Assembly (NCBI GenBank): GCA_038087875.1
Contig: CM075989.1
Coordinates: 24,306,001-24,370,000, forward strand
Source: Malacoraja senta
Lineage: Eukaryota
Direction of reading: 5' to 3'
Length of the DNA stretch: 64,000 bases
Part shown: positions 11,904 through 24,534 of the stretch, piece by piece
Layout of the letters: the number at the start of each line of letters is the position of its first letter
How positions within the stretch are numbered: the stretch's first letter is position 1
The notes under the pieces: model-generated
Database searches by the model: none
What the model was told of the DNA's origin: nothing
What the model saw: the letters and a program-made list of their open reading frames with translations, nothing else
Translations under genes and position numbers: made by a program

Positions 11904-12640
11904 GAGGTCTGAGAAGATTTCAGTAACAAGCCCACAGCATATCCTTCTCTCTGCAACTGGATCTGAGCTGTTATTTTCCCCAGAATACTCTTCATCTCCA
12001 TTTCAGATGCATATTTTTCACCTTAGTACTTTAGAAACATAGAGTCATATAGCACGGAAACAGGTCCTTCAGCCCAGCTTGTCCATGCCAACCAAGATGC
12101 CCCATCTAAGCTAGTCCCATTTACCTGTGTTTGGCCCAAATCCCTCTCAACCTTCCCTATCCAAGTGCCTTTTAAATAATGGGATAGTCCCTGCCTCAAC
12201 TACCTGCTCAGACAGCTCATTCCATACACGCACCATCCACCGTGTGATAAAGTTATCCCTCGGATTTGATGAAACCTTCCCCCTCTCTCCTTTAACCTAT
12301 ATCCAGTTGGAGTTCTTTGCCACAGACGTCTATGGAGGCCAAGTCATTGGGTATTTTTAAAGCGGATTAGTAAGGGCGTCAAAGGTTACGGGGAGAAGGC
12401 GGGAGAATGGGGTAGAGAGGAAAAGATTGATCAGCCATGATAGACCAGCATTCACCTGAAGGTCGACACTGGAGTGCTGGAGTAACTCAGCGGGACAGGC
12501 AGCGTCTCTGGAGAGGAGGAATGGGTGACGTTTCGGGTTGAGACCCTTCTCCAGACTTCTTGCATTCACCCTATATGTTCCCCTCATGATATACAGCACA
12601 TACATATATACTATACACTATACATTATATACACATACAC

Positions 12641-12777
12641 CTCTTCTTCTTGCATGTGGCGTGGACAGCCTAAAGTTGTGGGACAACTTGTTCTATTTGA
12701 TATTTGATTTTGCACGCCAGGTTGATTGCATTCGTTGAAACAGGGCGGACCATGTGAAGGTGCAATCTCCCACCGCG
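12641..12777 (-). mobile_element. Short non-autonomous element sharing its 3' tail with the Ingi/Vingi-like LINE at 17821
   Basis: Tail AGGCTGTCCACGCCACATGCAAGAAGAAG is similar to AGGCTGTGCACGCCGTACGCAAGAAG. Flanked by CACATACAC repeats. Confidence 0.55.
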
Positions 12778-13140
12778 CACATACACATTATACACATACA
12801 TAGTATACACTGCACATTATATTGTATATACATTATATACACATACACTATACACGGTAGATCATATAATACACACAGTTTATACATATACTCTATACAC
12901 CTTGCATTATATACATTGTTTACATATACACTATACATTATATGTTATATACGTGTGCATTAGACACTATACATTATATATTATATACATTAAACACATA
13001 CATTATACATTGCACATTATATATATATATTATATAATAAATACTATACACAGTACATTATGTACAGATACACTATACTATGCATTATATATCATATACG
13101 TTATATACACACATACTATACATTGTATACATTTCCACAC
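12778..13140. repeat. Degenerate TA/CA low-complexity tract abutting the exon 13149 acceptor
   Basis: Read directly. Confidence 0.85.
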
Positions 13141-13148
13141 CTGCACAG

Positions 13149-13447
13149 GTTTATTCCTGAGGCCTGGTCACAGTGCAGCGCCTCGTGTGGGCATGGCCTG
13201 CAAGTGCGGAGTGTGACGTGCCGCATTCTCCTATCCTTCTCCCAAACGGAGGAAGAGTTGCCGGATGAGGAGTGCGAGGAGGAGAAGCCGCCCAGCGAGC
13301 GAGCGTGCTACCTGGCGCCGTGTGACGGCACGACGGCTGCACGTGGCCCAGAGGTGGCCTACAATAACCAGCGTGACAACGCAATGGACGAACAGTTTGA
13401 CTGGGAATACGAAGGCTTCACCCCCTGCACAGCCACCTGCTTAACAG
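13149..13447 (+). CDS. ADAMTSL3: ADAMTSL3 exon, TSP1: FIPEAWSQCSASCGHG...DWEYEGFTPCTATCLT
   Basis: acAG/GTATTA. Lies in ORF 13060-13647, phase 2 to 1. Confidence 0.95.
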
Positions 13448-13534
13448 GTATTACTTTCATCTATTTCAATGCGTGTATCATTTTAGGTCAGTTCAGTTTA
13501 TTGTCACGTGTACCGAGGTGCAGTGAAAAGCTTA

Positions 13535-13856
13535 ACTGGGCCATTCCCACTTTCCCGAGTTACTCACGAATTCTCCCGAGTTTTCCCCTTGATTCAAACT
13601 CGGGGAATGTCCGTAGCGAGTCTGTAGGAGGCTGTAGGAGTCCGTAGATATTTCGTAGCGGCTCGTAAAGCCAGCCGTAGATACTCGAGACATCAGGTAA
13701 GTCGTGACGTTTTTTCAGCGTGTTGAAAAATGTCCACGAGTAAAAAAAATAGCCCCGAGTACCTGCGGCTGGCTATTACCGTAATTCTCTGAGTTTGAAT
13801 CAAGGGGAAAACTCGGGAGAATTCGTGAGTAACTCGGGAAAGTGGGACAGGCCCTT
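13535..13856. mobile_element. TA-flanked MITE nested in a Rex-like 3' UTR
   Basis: Perfect TIR of about 55 bp (CCCACTTTCCCGAGTTACTCACGAATTCTCCCGAG...). Right end AAGTGGGACAGGCCCTT|TA. The host sequence resumes after it. Confidence 0.85.
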
Positions 13857-13985
13857 TAGTTGCGTGCTAACCAGTCAGCGGAAAAACACAATACATGATT
13901 ACAATCAACCTATTTACAGTGTACAGATACATGATAAGGGAATAACATTTAGTGCATGGTAAAGTTGATCAAGGATAGTCTAAGG

Positions 13986-14195
13986 TAGACAAAAATGCTG
14001 GAGAAACTCAGCGGATGAGGCAGCATCTATAGAGCGAAGGAATAGGTGACGTTTCGGGTCGAGACCCTTCTTCAGACTGGTCTTGACCCAAAACGTCACC
14101 TATTTCCTTCGCTCCATAGATGCTGCCTCACCCGCTGAGTTTCTCCAGCATTTTTGTCTATCTTCGATTTTTCCAGCATCTGCAGTTCTTTCTAA
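13986..14195. mobile_element. Penelope-terminal hairpin element with target-site duplication
   Basis: Inverted arms. Flanked by AAGGATAGTCTAAGG (13971-13985) and AAGGATAGTCCAAGG (14196-14210). Intact hammerhead core on the minus strand at about 14047-14075. Confidence 0.8.
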
Positions 14196-14366
14196 AAGGA
14201 TAGTCCAAGGGTCACCAAAGCGGTAGATAGCAGTTCAGCACACTGCTCGCTATGGTGTGGTTGGATGATTCAGTTGCCTGATAACAGCTGCGAAGAAACC
14301 TCTTGTAACAATAACAAAAATGGTTCGATGCACAAAATGACGAAGGGTCACCAAACTGAAACCGTA

Positions 14367-14906
14367 AAGGCTCTGTCTCACGGTGTTGCGGTCATCGGCG
14401 GTGAAGCGCGGCGTCGCCGGTAGAGGGGACCGCACGGCAACGGCGAGAGCACCGAGCCTATGCCACGGGAGCGCCGCACGGATGCTGCGCGGGGGCCGAG
14501 TGATTTAAGTACGGCTGGTCCCACGAGCTTGCGGTAAGTTAAAAAAAAGGGCGGGCCGACTGCGATGATGTCATTTTGGATCTGCAGGGCTGTGGCAGCG
14601 GCCGTGCTGATCACGGCGCTGTGGCGGAGGCCGTGCCGGCGGCCGTGTGGCACACGTGCCTCACTGGCGGAGGCTGTGGCGGTGAAGGTTCTACTCACGG
14701 CGCTCGTGCCACACTGGCGGAGGCTGTGCGGTAGGTAAATATTTTTGAACAGTGTTGGTTTTATTTTAGCACCGTGCGGTGTTGGGAACAACGCCGCACG
14801 GCCCCGGAATTGTGCGTTTGACCGAGCCCGCGGTCTCCGGCGGCCCAGGAGCGGTAGATAGTTCCTGTTTCGCCACCAATGACCGCAGACTCGTGCGACA
14901 GGCCTT
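14367..14906. mobile_element. GC/CpG-rich TA-flanked MITE
   Basis: TA|AAGGCTCTGTCTCACGGTGTTGCGGTCAT ... ATGACCGCAGACTCGTGCGACAGGCCTT|TA. Confidence 0.75.
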
Positions 14907-15394
14907 TAACTCCCTTTTTCTTTTGGAGATTTTCCAAGTGTCTGTTTTGGTCAATTTTAACATCACCTGTTTCTTTTTAACCTCCTAAGTTTCCCTTCAC
15001 GGGAATGTTGGTGGGCCTCTCCCAATCCTCATGCACTAGTTTAATGCCTTGCCCACCTAGAGAAGGGTATAGTTTAATGGATTAATACTCTGCATTCAGT
15101 ACCAGGCTCTGTAATAAACACTGTCTTCCCCAGCGATGTTACAATGCAAGATTTATTATAAATTCATATGAGGCTTGAAAGAAATTGATCCCAAAGTTGA
15201 TGAGCTGGTGTTTATTGAATAAAGGATTTGTGACACAATTATCATCACGTGATGAGCAATTCTGAGGAATTTTAATTGATTTTGAAGTTAACGTTTCTCC
15301 AACATTTGACATAGAGAAAAATATTTGGACAGGTACATGGATAGGTAAGGTTTCGAGGCACATGGAGCGAACGTGGGCAGGTGGGACTAGTTCA

Positions 15395-15690
15395 GGTTAG
15401 AGATTCAACATGGAACAGGCCTTTTGGCCCACTGGTCTGTTACGACCAGCGATCCCCGCACACTGGCATCATTCTATTCACTAGGGACAATTTGCTATTT
15501 TTACCAAACCAATTAACCTACAAACCTGTACATCTTTGGAATGTGGGAGGAAACCGGAGCACCCGGAGGAAACCCACTCGGTCACGGGGAGAACGTACAA
15601 ACTACATACAGACAGCACCTGTAGTCGGGATCGAACCTGGGTCTCGGGCGATGTAAGGCAACATCTTTACCGTTGTGCCACCGTGCCGCC
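15395..15690 (-). mobile_element. V-SINE (HE1-like)
   Basis: Head, V-domain and tail motifs. Confidence 0.8.
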
Positions 15691-16414
15691 CCACTGCACC
15701 CCCAGCGTGCCGCCACATTTAGATGGCATTAGCAAGTTGGGCTGAAGGGCTTGTTTCTTTGTTGCATCGACTCAATGAGAAGGTATGCCAATAAAAATCC
15801 ATGTACTGATGTGTCTTTACATTATGTAACAATGGCACCAATGTGTTTAGTATAGAATGTTTAATATATCAACATACAGCACAGGAACAGGCCCTTCGGC
15901 CCACAATGTCTGTGCCGATCATGATGCCATGATAAACTAATCTAGCTGCCTGCGTATAATCCTTACCCCATCCATGTGCCTGTCTAAAAGCCTCTTAAAT
16001 GCCACTATTGTATCTGCCTCCACCACCACCTCCACTGGCTGCATGTTCCAGGCACCCACCACCCTCTGTATAAAATTAAACTTGTCCCACACATCTCCAT
16101 TAAACTTTTCCCTTCTCTCCATGTGAAAGATTCCATGTTCCCTCAAAATTCTTTGCTTCACTGTTTAAAAAAAGCATTTGGACAGGTACATGGATAGGAC
16201 AGGTTTAGAGGGATATGGGCCAAACGCAGGCAGGTGGGACTAGTGTAGATGGGGCATGTTGGTCACCATGGGCAAGTTGGGACGAAGGACCTGTTTCCAC
16301 ACCGTGTGAAACTATGACTTGATAGAGCACTGCGTGTCAGTTAATAGTCATCTTATTCCACTGCTGCGATGATTGCGATTCCTTTGTTAATTCTATGTTT
16401 ATCTTCAACATCAG

Positions 16415-16544
16415 GGAAACAGGAAACTGTGGTTGTGTGTCGTGATAAACTGACGGAGGAAAGTGTGGATGAGAGTTTGTGTGATGACAACAAGCGGCCA
16501 CCACACATGGTCCGTGTGTGTGGTACACAGCCTTGCCCTGCCAG
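16415..16544 (+). CDS. ADAMTSL3: ADAMTSL3 exon: GKQETVVVCRDKLTEESVDESLCDDNKRPPHMVRVCGTQPCPA(R)
   Basis: tcAG/GTATGT. Lies in ORF 16369-16641, phase 1 to 2. Confidence 0.94.
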
Positions 16545-17820
16545 GTATGTTGTTTCTGGAGTCCAGCAAACTTTAAATCGCTTTTATTCTTTGTATTTCA
16601 AACGTTGTGTTCTTAATCAAATAGGAAATGTATTCAATTAAATTTAGCTTAGTTTAGAGATACAGCGCGGAAACAGGCCCTTCGGCCCACCAAGTCCGTG
16701 TCAGCCAGCGATCCCCGCACACTAATGCTATCCTACACACACACTAGGGACTTTTTTTTAAACAATATTACCAAGCCAATTAGCCTACAAGTCTTTGGAG
16801 TGTGGGAGGAAAGTGGATAGGCAGCATGGGCAAGATGGGCTGCAGGGCTGCTGTTTCCATGCTGTATGACTCTATGACACCTTGATAGTGAACATTGTCC
16901 TCCCTGGGGTTCTATCTGGTTCGCTGCTTTATGGAGATATATGCCTTAGACCCGAGGCAACCATATTGGTGGGTGTCACAGTGTTGAACGTGAGGATGAT
17001 AATTGTGGACTGCAGGAGAACATAGGCTGGCACATTTTCCAGAGAAGTAGAGGAAGTCATTTAATACAGAGAAGTGTGAAGTGATGCACTTTGACAGAAA
17101 GGATGTGTAGAAACAATATAGGTTCAATGGCATAGTTTTCTAAAGGGCAAGAGGGACTTGGGTGTACATGTACATAAATCTTTGGAATTGGCAGGGGATG
17201 TGGAGAGTGTGGTTGGTAAAATATATGGGGTCTGGGGATTTATAAATGAAGACACAAAGCAAGGGGGTCATGTTGAATTTGCACCAAACACATCAGGTCA
17301 CCACTGGAGCACAGCATCCACTTCTCACCCAACTTCAGGAAGAACATAGAGGCCTTACGGAGAACGCAGGAAAGATTTCATAGAATATTTCAAGAGTTGA
17401 GAGATTTTAGCTGTGAAATTAGAATTGAGAAGCAGGGGAGGTGATCGCTGGACAAAGACGTATGAAAGTCTGAAGAAGGGTCTCGACCTGAAACGTCACC
17501 CATTCCTTCTCTCCAGAGATGCTGCCTGTCCCGCTGAGTTACTCCAGCATTTTGTGTCTATCTTCGTATGAGCGGACATATTGATAGAGGTGGAGCAGGT
17601 AGACACAAAAAGTTGAGTAACTCAGCGGGTCAGACAGCATCCCTGGAGAGAAGGAATGGGTGATGTTTTGGGTCGAGACCCTTCTTCAGACTGAGAGTCA
17701 GGGAAAGGGAAATGAGAGATATAGACGGTGATGTGGAGAGATATTGAACAAATGAATGAAAGATAGGCAAAAAAGTAACAATGATAATGGAAACAGGCCA
17801 TTGCTCGCTCTGGGCTAGGT

Positions 17821-18176
17821 CTTCTTGCGTACGGCGTGCACAGCCTGACGTTGTAGATCAAGGGTAGACATCCAGGCCAGGACAGCATCAGTTATTGGGT
17901 GGGTGGCTTTGATGCCACCAGGGAAAAGCCTCAGTGGGCAGTCATTCACGATGTGTGGGATGGTCTGGTCTGGATGTCCGCAGTCGCAAGCAGGGCTGCC
18001 TGTCATCCCCCGCTTATGTAGGTGACGGGCTGTTCTTGCATGGAGGGTGCGGATTCTGTTCAGGGTTAGCCATTGCTTGCGATGGAGGTCAAAAACCCGG
18101 TGGTTTCACTGTGGGGTCAGTGATGACCTCTCCGTTGTTTGGTGTTGGTATCTTTCCAGGCTCTGAGCCACCTGAG
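17821..18176 (-). mobile_element. Ingi/Vingi-like (I-group) LINE 3' fragment inserted in a Penelope terminus
   Basis: DPTVKPPGF/DLHRKQWLTLNRIRT...GMTGSPACDCGHPDQTIPHIVNDCP (CCHC knuckle, frameshifted). Flanked by TGGGCTAGGT and TGAGCTAGGT. Confidence 0.7.
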
Positions 18177-19984
18177 TGAGCTAGGTGAAAATGAATTACA
18201 GACAATGAGACTCAACAAGACGACCTGGGTGAGGGAGGGACGGAGAGAGGGGGTGCATGGGGGGGAGATCATGGCTGGTTTACATGGGATGAATGGAGGG
18301 AAGCTGGCCCCATCAGCAGCATTTCTAGAATCGGGGGAACATATTTGGGGTAACACATACAAACACACAACTTTTTTTATATCTAAAAAGTAATTGTGAA
18401 GTGGATGTCATTGCTTTTAGAGATGCTGGATGCAGAAGCAATCAAAAGTATTATTAAAGGATTTTTTAAAAACAATTCAGAGAACAATTTTCAGGGACAG
18501 AGCACAGGAAAGCACTCAATGGGCCTGCTCTTCTAAATGCTAGCACGGATTCGACGGGCCAAGTGGCTCCTTCTATGATGTATTAATTCAATGATTGTAT
18601 GGATTAGCTTGTGGGAAATAAAGTTAGTTATTTACACAAACAATCCCAGGAGACAGGCGTGAATGCTGTCACAGGGCACACCATCTTTAATGCACTGGTT
18701 AAGTACTCTCCAGTAACTCATTTCTATTGCTTGCCAAGAATTTCAGCTCCATTAGGATAAATAATCAAACTCCACTCTCAAGAAAATGTCGAGATGAATT
18801 TACTTTCTTTTCAAACAAAAGTTGCTTCTTTCCACGATTTCCCACACGAACAGTTCATATAACATTTCAACAGTAAATTCCCAGAAGTACAAACTATGTT
18901 GACCAAATTATTAAAACATTTTTATGAGGAATCCCATCAATTTATCTAAGACTGTCCACGTATCGCTATTGGCAGCTCGCATATCTAAGTTTTTAATTCA
19001 GTACGTTATTAAATATATTGCTTTGAATTCTCCTGTTGAAGCAGAGAATTGCTATTTGTCTTCAGAATGTGAATTTTGAAAGAAATCATTTTTGTAAACT
19101 TCAGTTTAGTTTATTGTCACGTGTACAGTCAAAAGCTGCTTTTGTTGCGTGCTAACCAGTCAGCAGAAAGACAATACATGATTACAATCGACCCATTTAC
19201 TGAGTGCAGATACATGATAAAGGAATAACGTTTAGTGCAAGGTAAAGCCAGCAAAGTCCACTCAAGGATAGTCCCAGGGTCATCAAGACGTAGATAGATG
19301 CAAGTCCTCTGAATTCACAATGGTGGAGGTGTTAAAACAATTTCATAAAGTGTTATTCAAGTGCATTGCAAGTTACCTGTGTCTCTGGAATTCAAAAGGT
19401 CGTCATGAAATGGAGGGTGACAGTCTTACTTCCAGGGAAGGGGATCAGACAATAGAGGGCGTAAGATGAAGGTGAGAGGGGAAAGATTTATAAGGGAACC
19501 ACGGAGCAACTTCCTCACACAGATGGTGATGCATGCGTGGAACGTGCTGCCCGAGAAAGAGGTCGAGGTGGGTACCGTAACAACATGTGTAGGAAGGAAC
19601 TGAAGGGGCTGGTTTACACTGAAGATGGACACAAAATGCTAGAGTAACTCAGCGGGACAAGCAGCATCTCTGGAGAGAAGGAATGGGTGACGTTTCAGGT
19701 CAAGACCCTTCTTCAGACGTATTAAAGACATTAGGTCATGTACAAGGATAGGAAAAGTTTAGAGGTATAGAGAGACACCAGGAACGAATTGGCTTCGGTA
19801 AAATTGTGAGGTGTCCCTAGTGTTTAGGATAGTGCTAATGTATGAGGTGATCGCTGGTTGGCGCGGACTCGGTGGGCAAAAGGGCCCATTTCCATGCTCT
19901 AAAGGAAAGTCTAAAAAGTGCTCGTGACTCTCTGTAGCATGAGGCGACGGTTGTTGGGAACAACCGTTCAACCCATCTAGAGGC

Positions 19985-20453
19985 TTCCAACCCAAAACAT
20001 CACCTATCCATGTTCTCCACAGATGCTGCCTGACCCGCTGAGTTACTCCAGCACTCTGTGAAACATCACCAATCCATGTTCTCCCGAGATGCTGCCTGAC
20101 CCGCTGAGTTACTCCAGCACTCTGTGAAACGTCACCTATCCATGTTCCGGCAGCATCTATGGAGCGAAGGAAATAGGCAACGTTTCGGCCCGAAACCCTT
20201 CCGGGTTTCGGCCCGAAACGTTGCCTATTTCCTTCAGGGTTTCGGCCCGAAAGGTTGCCCATTTCCTTCGCTCCACAGATGCTGCCTGACCCGCTGAGTT
20301 ACTCCAGCACTCTGTGAAACGTCACCTATCCATGTTCTCCACAGATGCTGCCTGACCCGCTGAGTTACTCCAGCACTCTGTGAAACGTCACCTATCCATG
20401 TTCTCCACAGATGCTGCCTGACCCACTGAGTTACTCCAGCACTTTGTGTCTAC
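19985..20453. repeat. Composite 66-bp-unit/palindrome element (copy B)
   Basis: Same architecture and orientation as 8755-9078, with more units. Confidence 0.8.
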
Positions 20454-20632
20454 CCACGTTGCAGACACAGAGGAGCAGGCGGTGACTGTGAAGAACAATT
20501 AAGATCGAGGATGAATTGGTGCTCTGTGGTTTTGAAGGAATTTTATAAACTATTGTTTTTCATTTCAGACATTAAATGAGGGGATTTAGTGAGGATTTAA
20601 TCACGTAGATTTGAAACTAAAAGTTCTACATT

Positions 20633-20930
20633 CGGTGGCATGGCGGTGCAGCGGTAGATTTGTTTCCAGGTAGTGGCAGATGACCGGGTTCGACCCTGAC
20701 TACAGGCGCTGTCTGTACAGGGTTTGTACGTTCTCCCCGTGACCGCGTGTGTTTTTTCCAGGATCTCCAGTTTCCTCCCACACTGCAAAAGATGTACAGG
20801 TTTGTAGGTTCATTGGGTTGGAATAAGTGTAAATTGTTCCGAGTGTGTGTAGGATAGTGTTAGTGTGCAGGGATCGCTGGTCGGCACGGACTGGGTGGGC
20901 CGAAGGGCCTGTGTCCATGCTTTATCTCTA
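20633..20930 (+). mobile_element. V-SINE (HE1-like)
   Basis: GGCATGGCGGTGCAGCGG..GGTTCGACCC head, V-domain, tail. Confidence 0.85.
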
Positions 20931-21789
20931 AGTGTAAACTTCCTGTCTACTCTTGGTGGAGTTAAGATTTAGTTGGGCTGCGTGCTTGATATCCAGCCAA
21001 TCTTTCATGTCATTGTGCATCTTCCATTTGGCTGGAGTTAAATTACACATCAAGTAGAGATCAGCAACGTTAATCTGTGTCTGGGGATTGGAACAATGAA
21101 GAAAACGAAAAAAGGGCCAACAATTGTCTACAGTCAATTGTGATTACTGGGCCACAAAATGCCTCTTCATAAATCTCATGGCGTTAGGCTGTTATCAAAC
21201 TCTGACTTTAAAACCAAAACATACAATTAATGGTCCAATTCTCTAGTCCTGGCTCCCGATGAGAACGTAATATTTTTACCATATCACTCACAGTTGACCT
21301 CAATGCAGTGTATTTCAACAGCTGGAGGAGTCCGTCACCCAGTAACGCCTCCACTCAAAAATTGAAAGCCACAGTCACGGGGAAAGGAGTCATTGTATTG
21401 TGGGAGCAGAAATTACCAGGACGCCTTTCTAAATGCTACCAAGATAAATAAAGGTGGCTACAAATCTAATAGGTCACCAAGTGTCAGTGGGGCCACTGGA
21501 CAGTGGAACAAGTAGGTTGATGTTACAACAGCCACTGCTTCTCTCAACCTCTGTGATGTTGTTTAATGACTCGCTCTGTTGCAACTTCCCCTTGTCACCA
21601 GCCATTGCTTGGGATTCTCTTCTATATTGTAGCCATCTCCGACCCATCTCCTGACATGACCCGTCCCTCCCTCTTCCATGCTTGATATCTGCTTCCCCTA
21701 GATATGGACCAAGTACTGTGGTAGAATGCTTCTTGTTAGTATTGAACTACCGGCAAAGAACCACATTGTTGCCTCTCTCTTCTCCTTCG

Positions 21790-23553
21790 AGTGGCACAGT
21801 GGTGCAGTGGGTTGAGCTGCCACCTCACAGCACCAGAGATCCTGACGGGTATGATCCTGACTACGTGTGCTGCCTGTGTGGAGTTTGAACTTTCTCGCTT
21901 TGACCATGCGGGTTCCTTCCGGTGTGCTCCGGTTTCCCCCCACATCCCAAAGACGTGTGTGTTCTAAGCTAATTGGCCCTCTGTTAATTGCCCCTTGTGT
22001 GCTGGGAGTGGATGAGTAAGGTCAGTATGGACTCGATGGGCCGAAGGGACTGTTTCCACGCTGTATCTCTAAATTAAACTAATCCTTATCCCTCTTCATA
22101 AGATTATAAGTGATAGGAGTAGAATTAGGCCATTCGGCCCATCAAGTCTACTCCGCCATTCAATCATGGCTGATCTATCTCTCCATCCTAACCCCATTCT
22201 CCTGCCTTCTCCCCATAATATCTGACACCCGTATTAATCAAGAATCTATCTATCTCTGCCTTCAAAATATCTACTGACTTGGCCTCCACAGCCTTCTGTG
22301 GCAAAGAATTCCACAGATTCACCAGCCTCTGACAAGTGAAATTCCTTCTCATCTCCTTCCTAAAAGAATGTCCTTTAATTCTGAGGCTGTGACCTCTGGA
22401 CCTAGACTCTCCCACTAGTGGAAACATCCTCTCCATGTCCACTCTATCCAGGCCCCTTGCTCGGTTGCACCATCTAGTCTTTGTTTTCTAACTGTTGTTC
22501 CTCTCTTCTCTCTCCTTCCTCCTTTGCTGCAACCTTCAGGTCTCCTTCAGCAATGAGTCTTTCCATCATCTCATAGCTGGCAGAAAATGAGTTGGGTTTA
22601 GTTTAGTTGAGGAAGGAACTGCAGATGCTGGTTTAAACCAAAGATAGACACAAAAAGCTGGAGTAACTCAGTGGGACAGGCAGCATCTCTGGAGAGAAGG
22701 GATGGGTGATGATTCGGGTCGACACCCTTCTTCAGACTGGTTCAGAGTTGAATTTAACGTAGAGATACAGATACAGCGTGGAAACAGGCCCTTCGGCCCA
22801 CCGGGTCCGCGCCGACCAGTGATCCACGCATATTAACACTATCCCACACACACTAGGGACAATTTACATTTATACCAAGCCAATTTACCTACAAACCTGT
22901 ACGTCTTTGGAGTGTGGGAGGGAACCGAAGATCTTGGAGAAAACCCACGCAGGTCACGGGGAGAACGTAAAAAACTCCGTACAGACAGCACCCGTAGTCA
23001 GGATCGAACCAGGGTCTCTGGCGCTGTGAGGCAGCAACTCTACCGCTGCACCACCGGGCCACCCACAAATTTAGAGATACAGCATGAAAACAGGCCCTCT
23101 TACTTTAACGCTATGCCCCCCCCTCCCCCCCCCCCGATACACCACAATCCTGCATCAACGCATCTAAACGTCACAAATGGTTACACCATGTCTCTGTTAT
23201 CAAACACAACGGCAGCAACAACACAAACAGTGAAGAGGACAATAGACAATAGACATTAGGTGCAGGAGTAGGCCATTTGGCCCTTCGAGCCAGCACCGCC
23301 ATTCAATGTGATCATGGCTGATCATCCCCAATCAGTACCCCGTTCTTGCCTTCTCCCCATATCCCCTGACTCCGCTATCTTTACAAGCCCTAGCTAGCTC
23401 TCTCTTGAAAGTATCCAGAGAACCGGCCTCCACCGCCCTCTGAGGCAGAGAATTCCACAGACTCACAACTGTGTGAAAAAGTGTTTCCTCGTCTCCGTTC
23501 TAAATGGCTTACCCGTTATTCTTGAACTGTGGCTCCTGGTTCTGGACTCCCCC
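21790..23553. mobile_element. Repeat cluster: V-SINE (+, 21790-22082), CR1 (-, 22095-22452), Penelope terminus (22610-22740), V-SINE (-, 22760-23065), CR1 (-, 23240-23553)
   Basis: Motifs as above. ORF 22188-22442 is a CR1 C-terminus. Confidence 0.8.
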
Positions 23554-24534
23554 ATAAATGACTCTGAGCTAGTGGTTGAAGGTGGAATGTTGGCCTGGGT
23601 ATAGGTGAGTAATTCCATAGCAACTCTAATCTTCTAATAAATTATCAGAACAAAGGGATGAAAAGTGATATTCCCATTCTTGTTCGCTGGCACGGAGCTG
23701 CACCCAGCAAGACATTTATATGCATCTCTGAAATTTGGACGGCCATATAATGGTCGGCAGCAGCCCACCAGATTGAATATTTTCCCACAAAATATGTGTG
23801 TTGGAGAGGTAAGAGACTACAGATGCTGGAACCTTGAGTAGGGTCAGGCAGCACCCGTGGAGGGAATGAACAGGCGATCGTTTAGGTCGGGACCTGAATT
23901 CAGACTCAACATGCTTAGTTTAGTTTGGACGTGGAGCCTAGACACAAGCACTTTGGCCCAACAGGTTTGCACCGACCATCATTTACCCGTAGATAGACAC
24001 AAAATGCTGGAGTAACTCAGCAGGGCAGGCAGCATCTCTGGATAGAAGGAATAGGGTGACGTTTCGGGTCGAGACCCTTCTTCAGACAATTACCTGTACA
24101 CTAGTTCCATCCTACACACTAGGGACAATTTACAGAAGACAAATAACCTACGATCCTGCACGTCTTTGGAAGGTGGAAGGAAACCGGAGGAAACCAGAGC
24201 ACCCGCAGAAAACCCATGTGTCGCAGGGAGAAGGTACAAACTCCATACAGACAGCACCCGCAGTCAGGATCGAACCTGGGTCTCTGGCAGTTATAAGGCA
24301 GCAACTCTACCGCTGTGTATTTGTGAACTGGAGAATTGAAAGAGCAGAGACTGTTATATTAAGTTGCATTAATATAACATCCGACACAACCTCAGAAAAT
24401 TCTAAACCACTTTACAGCCAATTAAAAGGAGAATAATATAGAGACATGTGAGCTATTTAAAGCAGAGCAAGATCCCAGATATGGCAATGTAATTAAGACC
24501 AGATTCATTGTTTCTGACTTTAGCTGAGAAGTAA

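Noticed and set aside
14378..14988. GC-rich ORFs or a CpG-island promoter
   Set aside because: Bounded by TIRs and TA flanks, so better explained as a MITE.
23555..23780. Possible ancient Deu-domain SINE remnant (also about 39130-39230)
   Set aside because: Similarity is too faint to support without an alignment.
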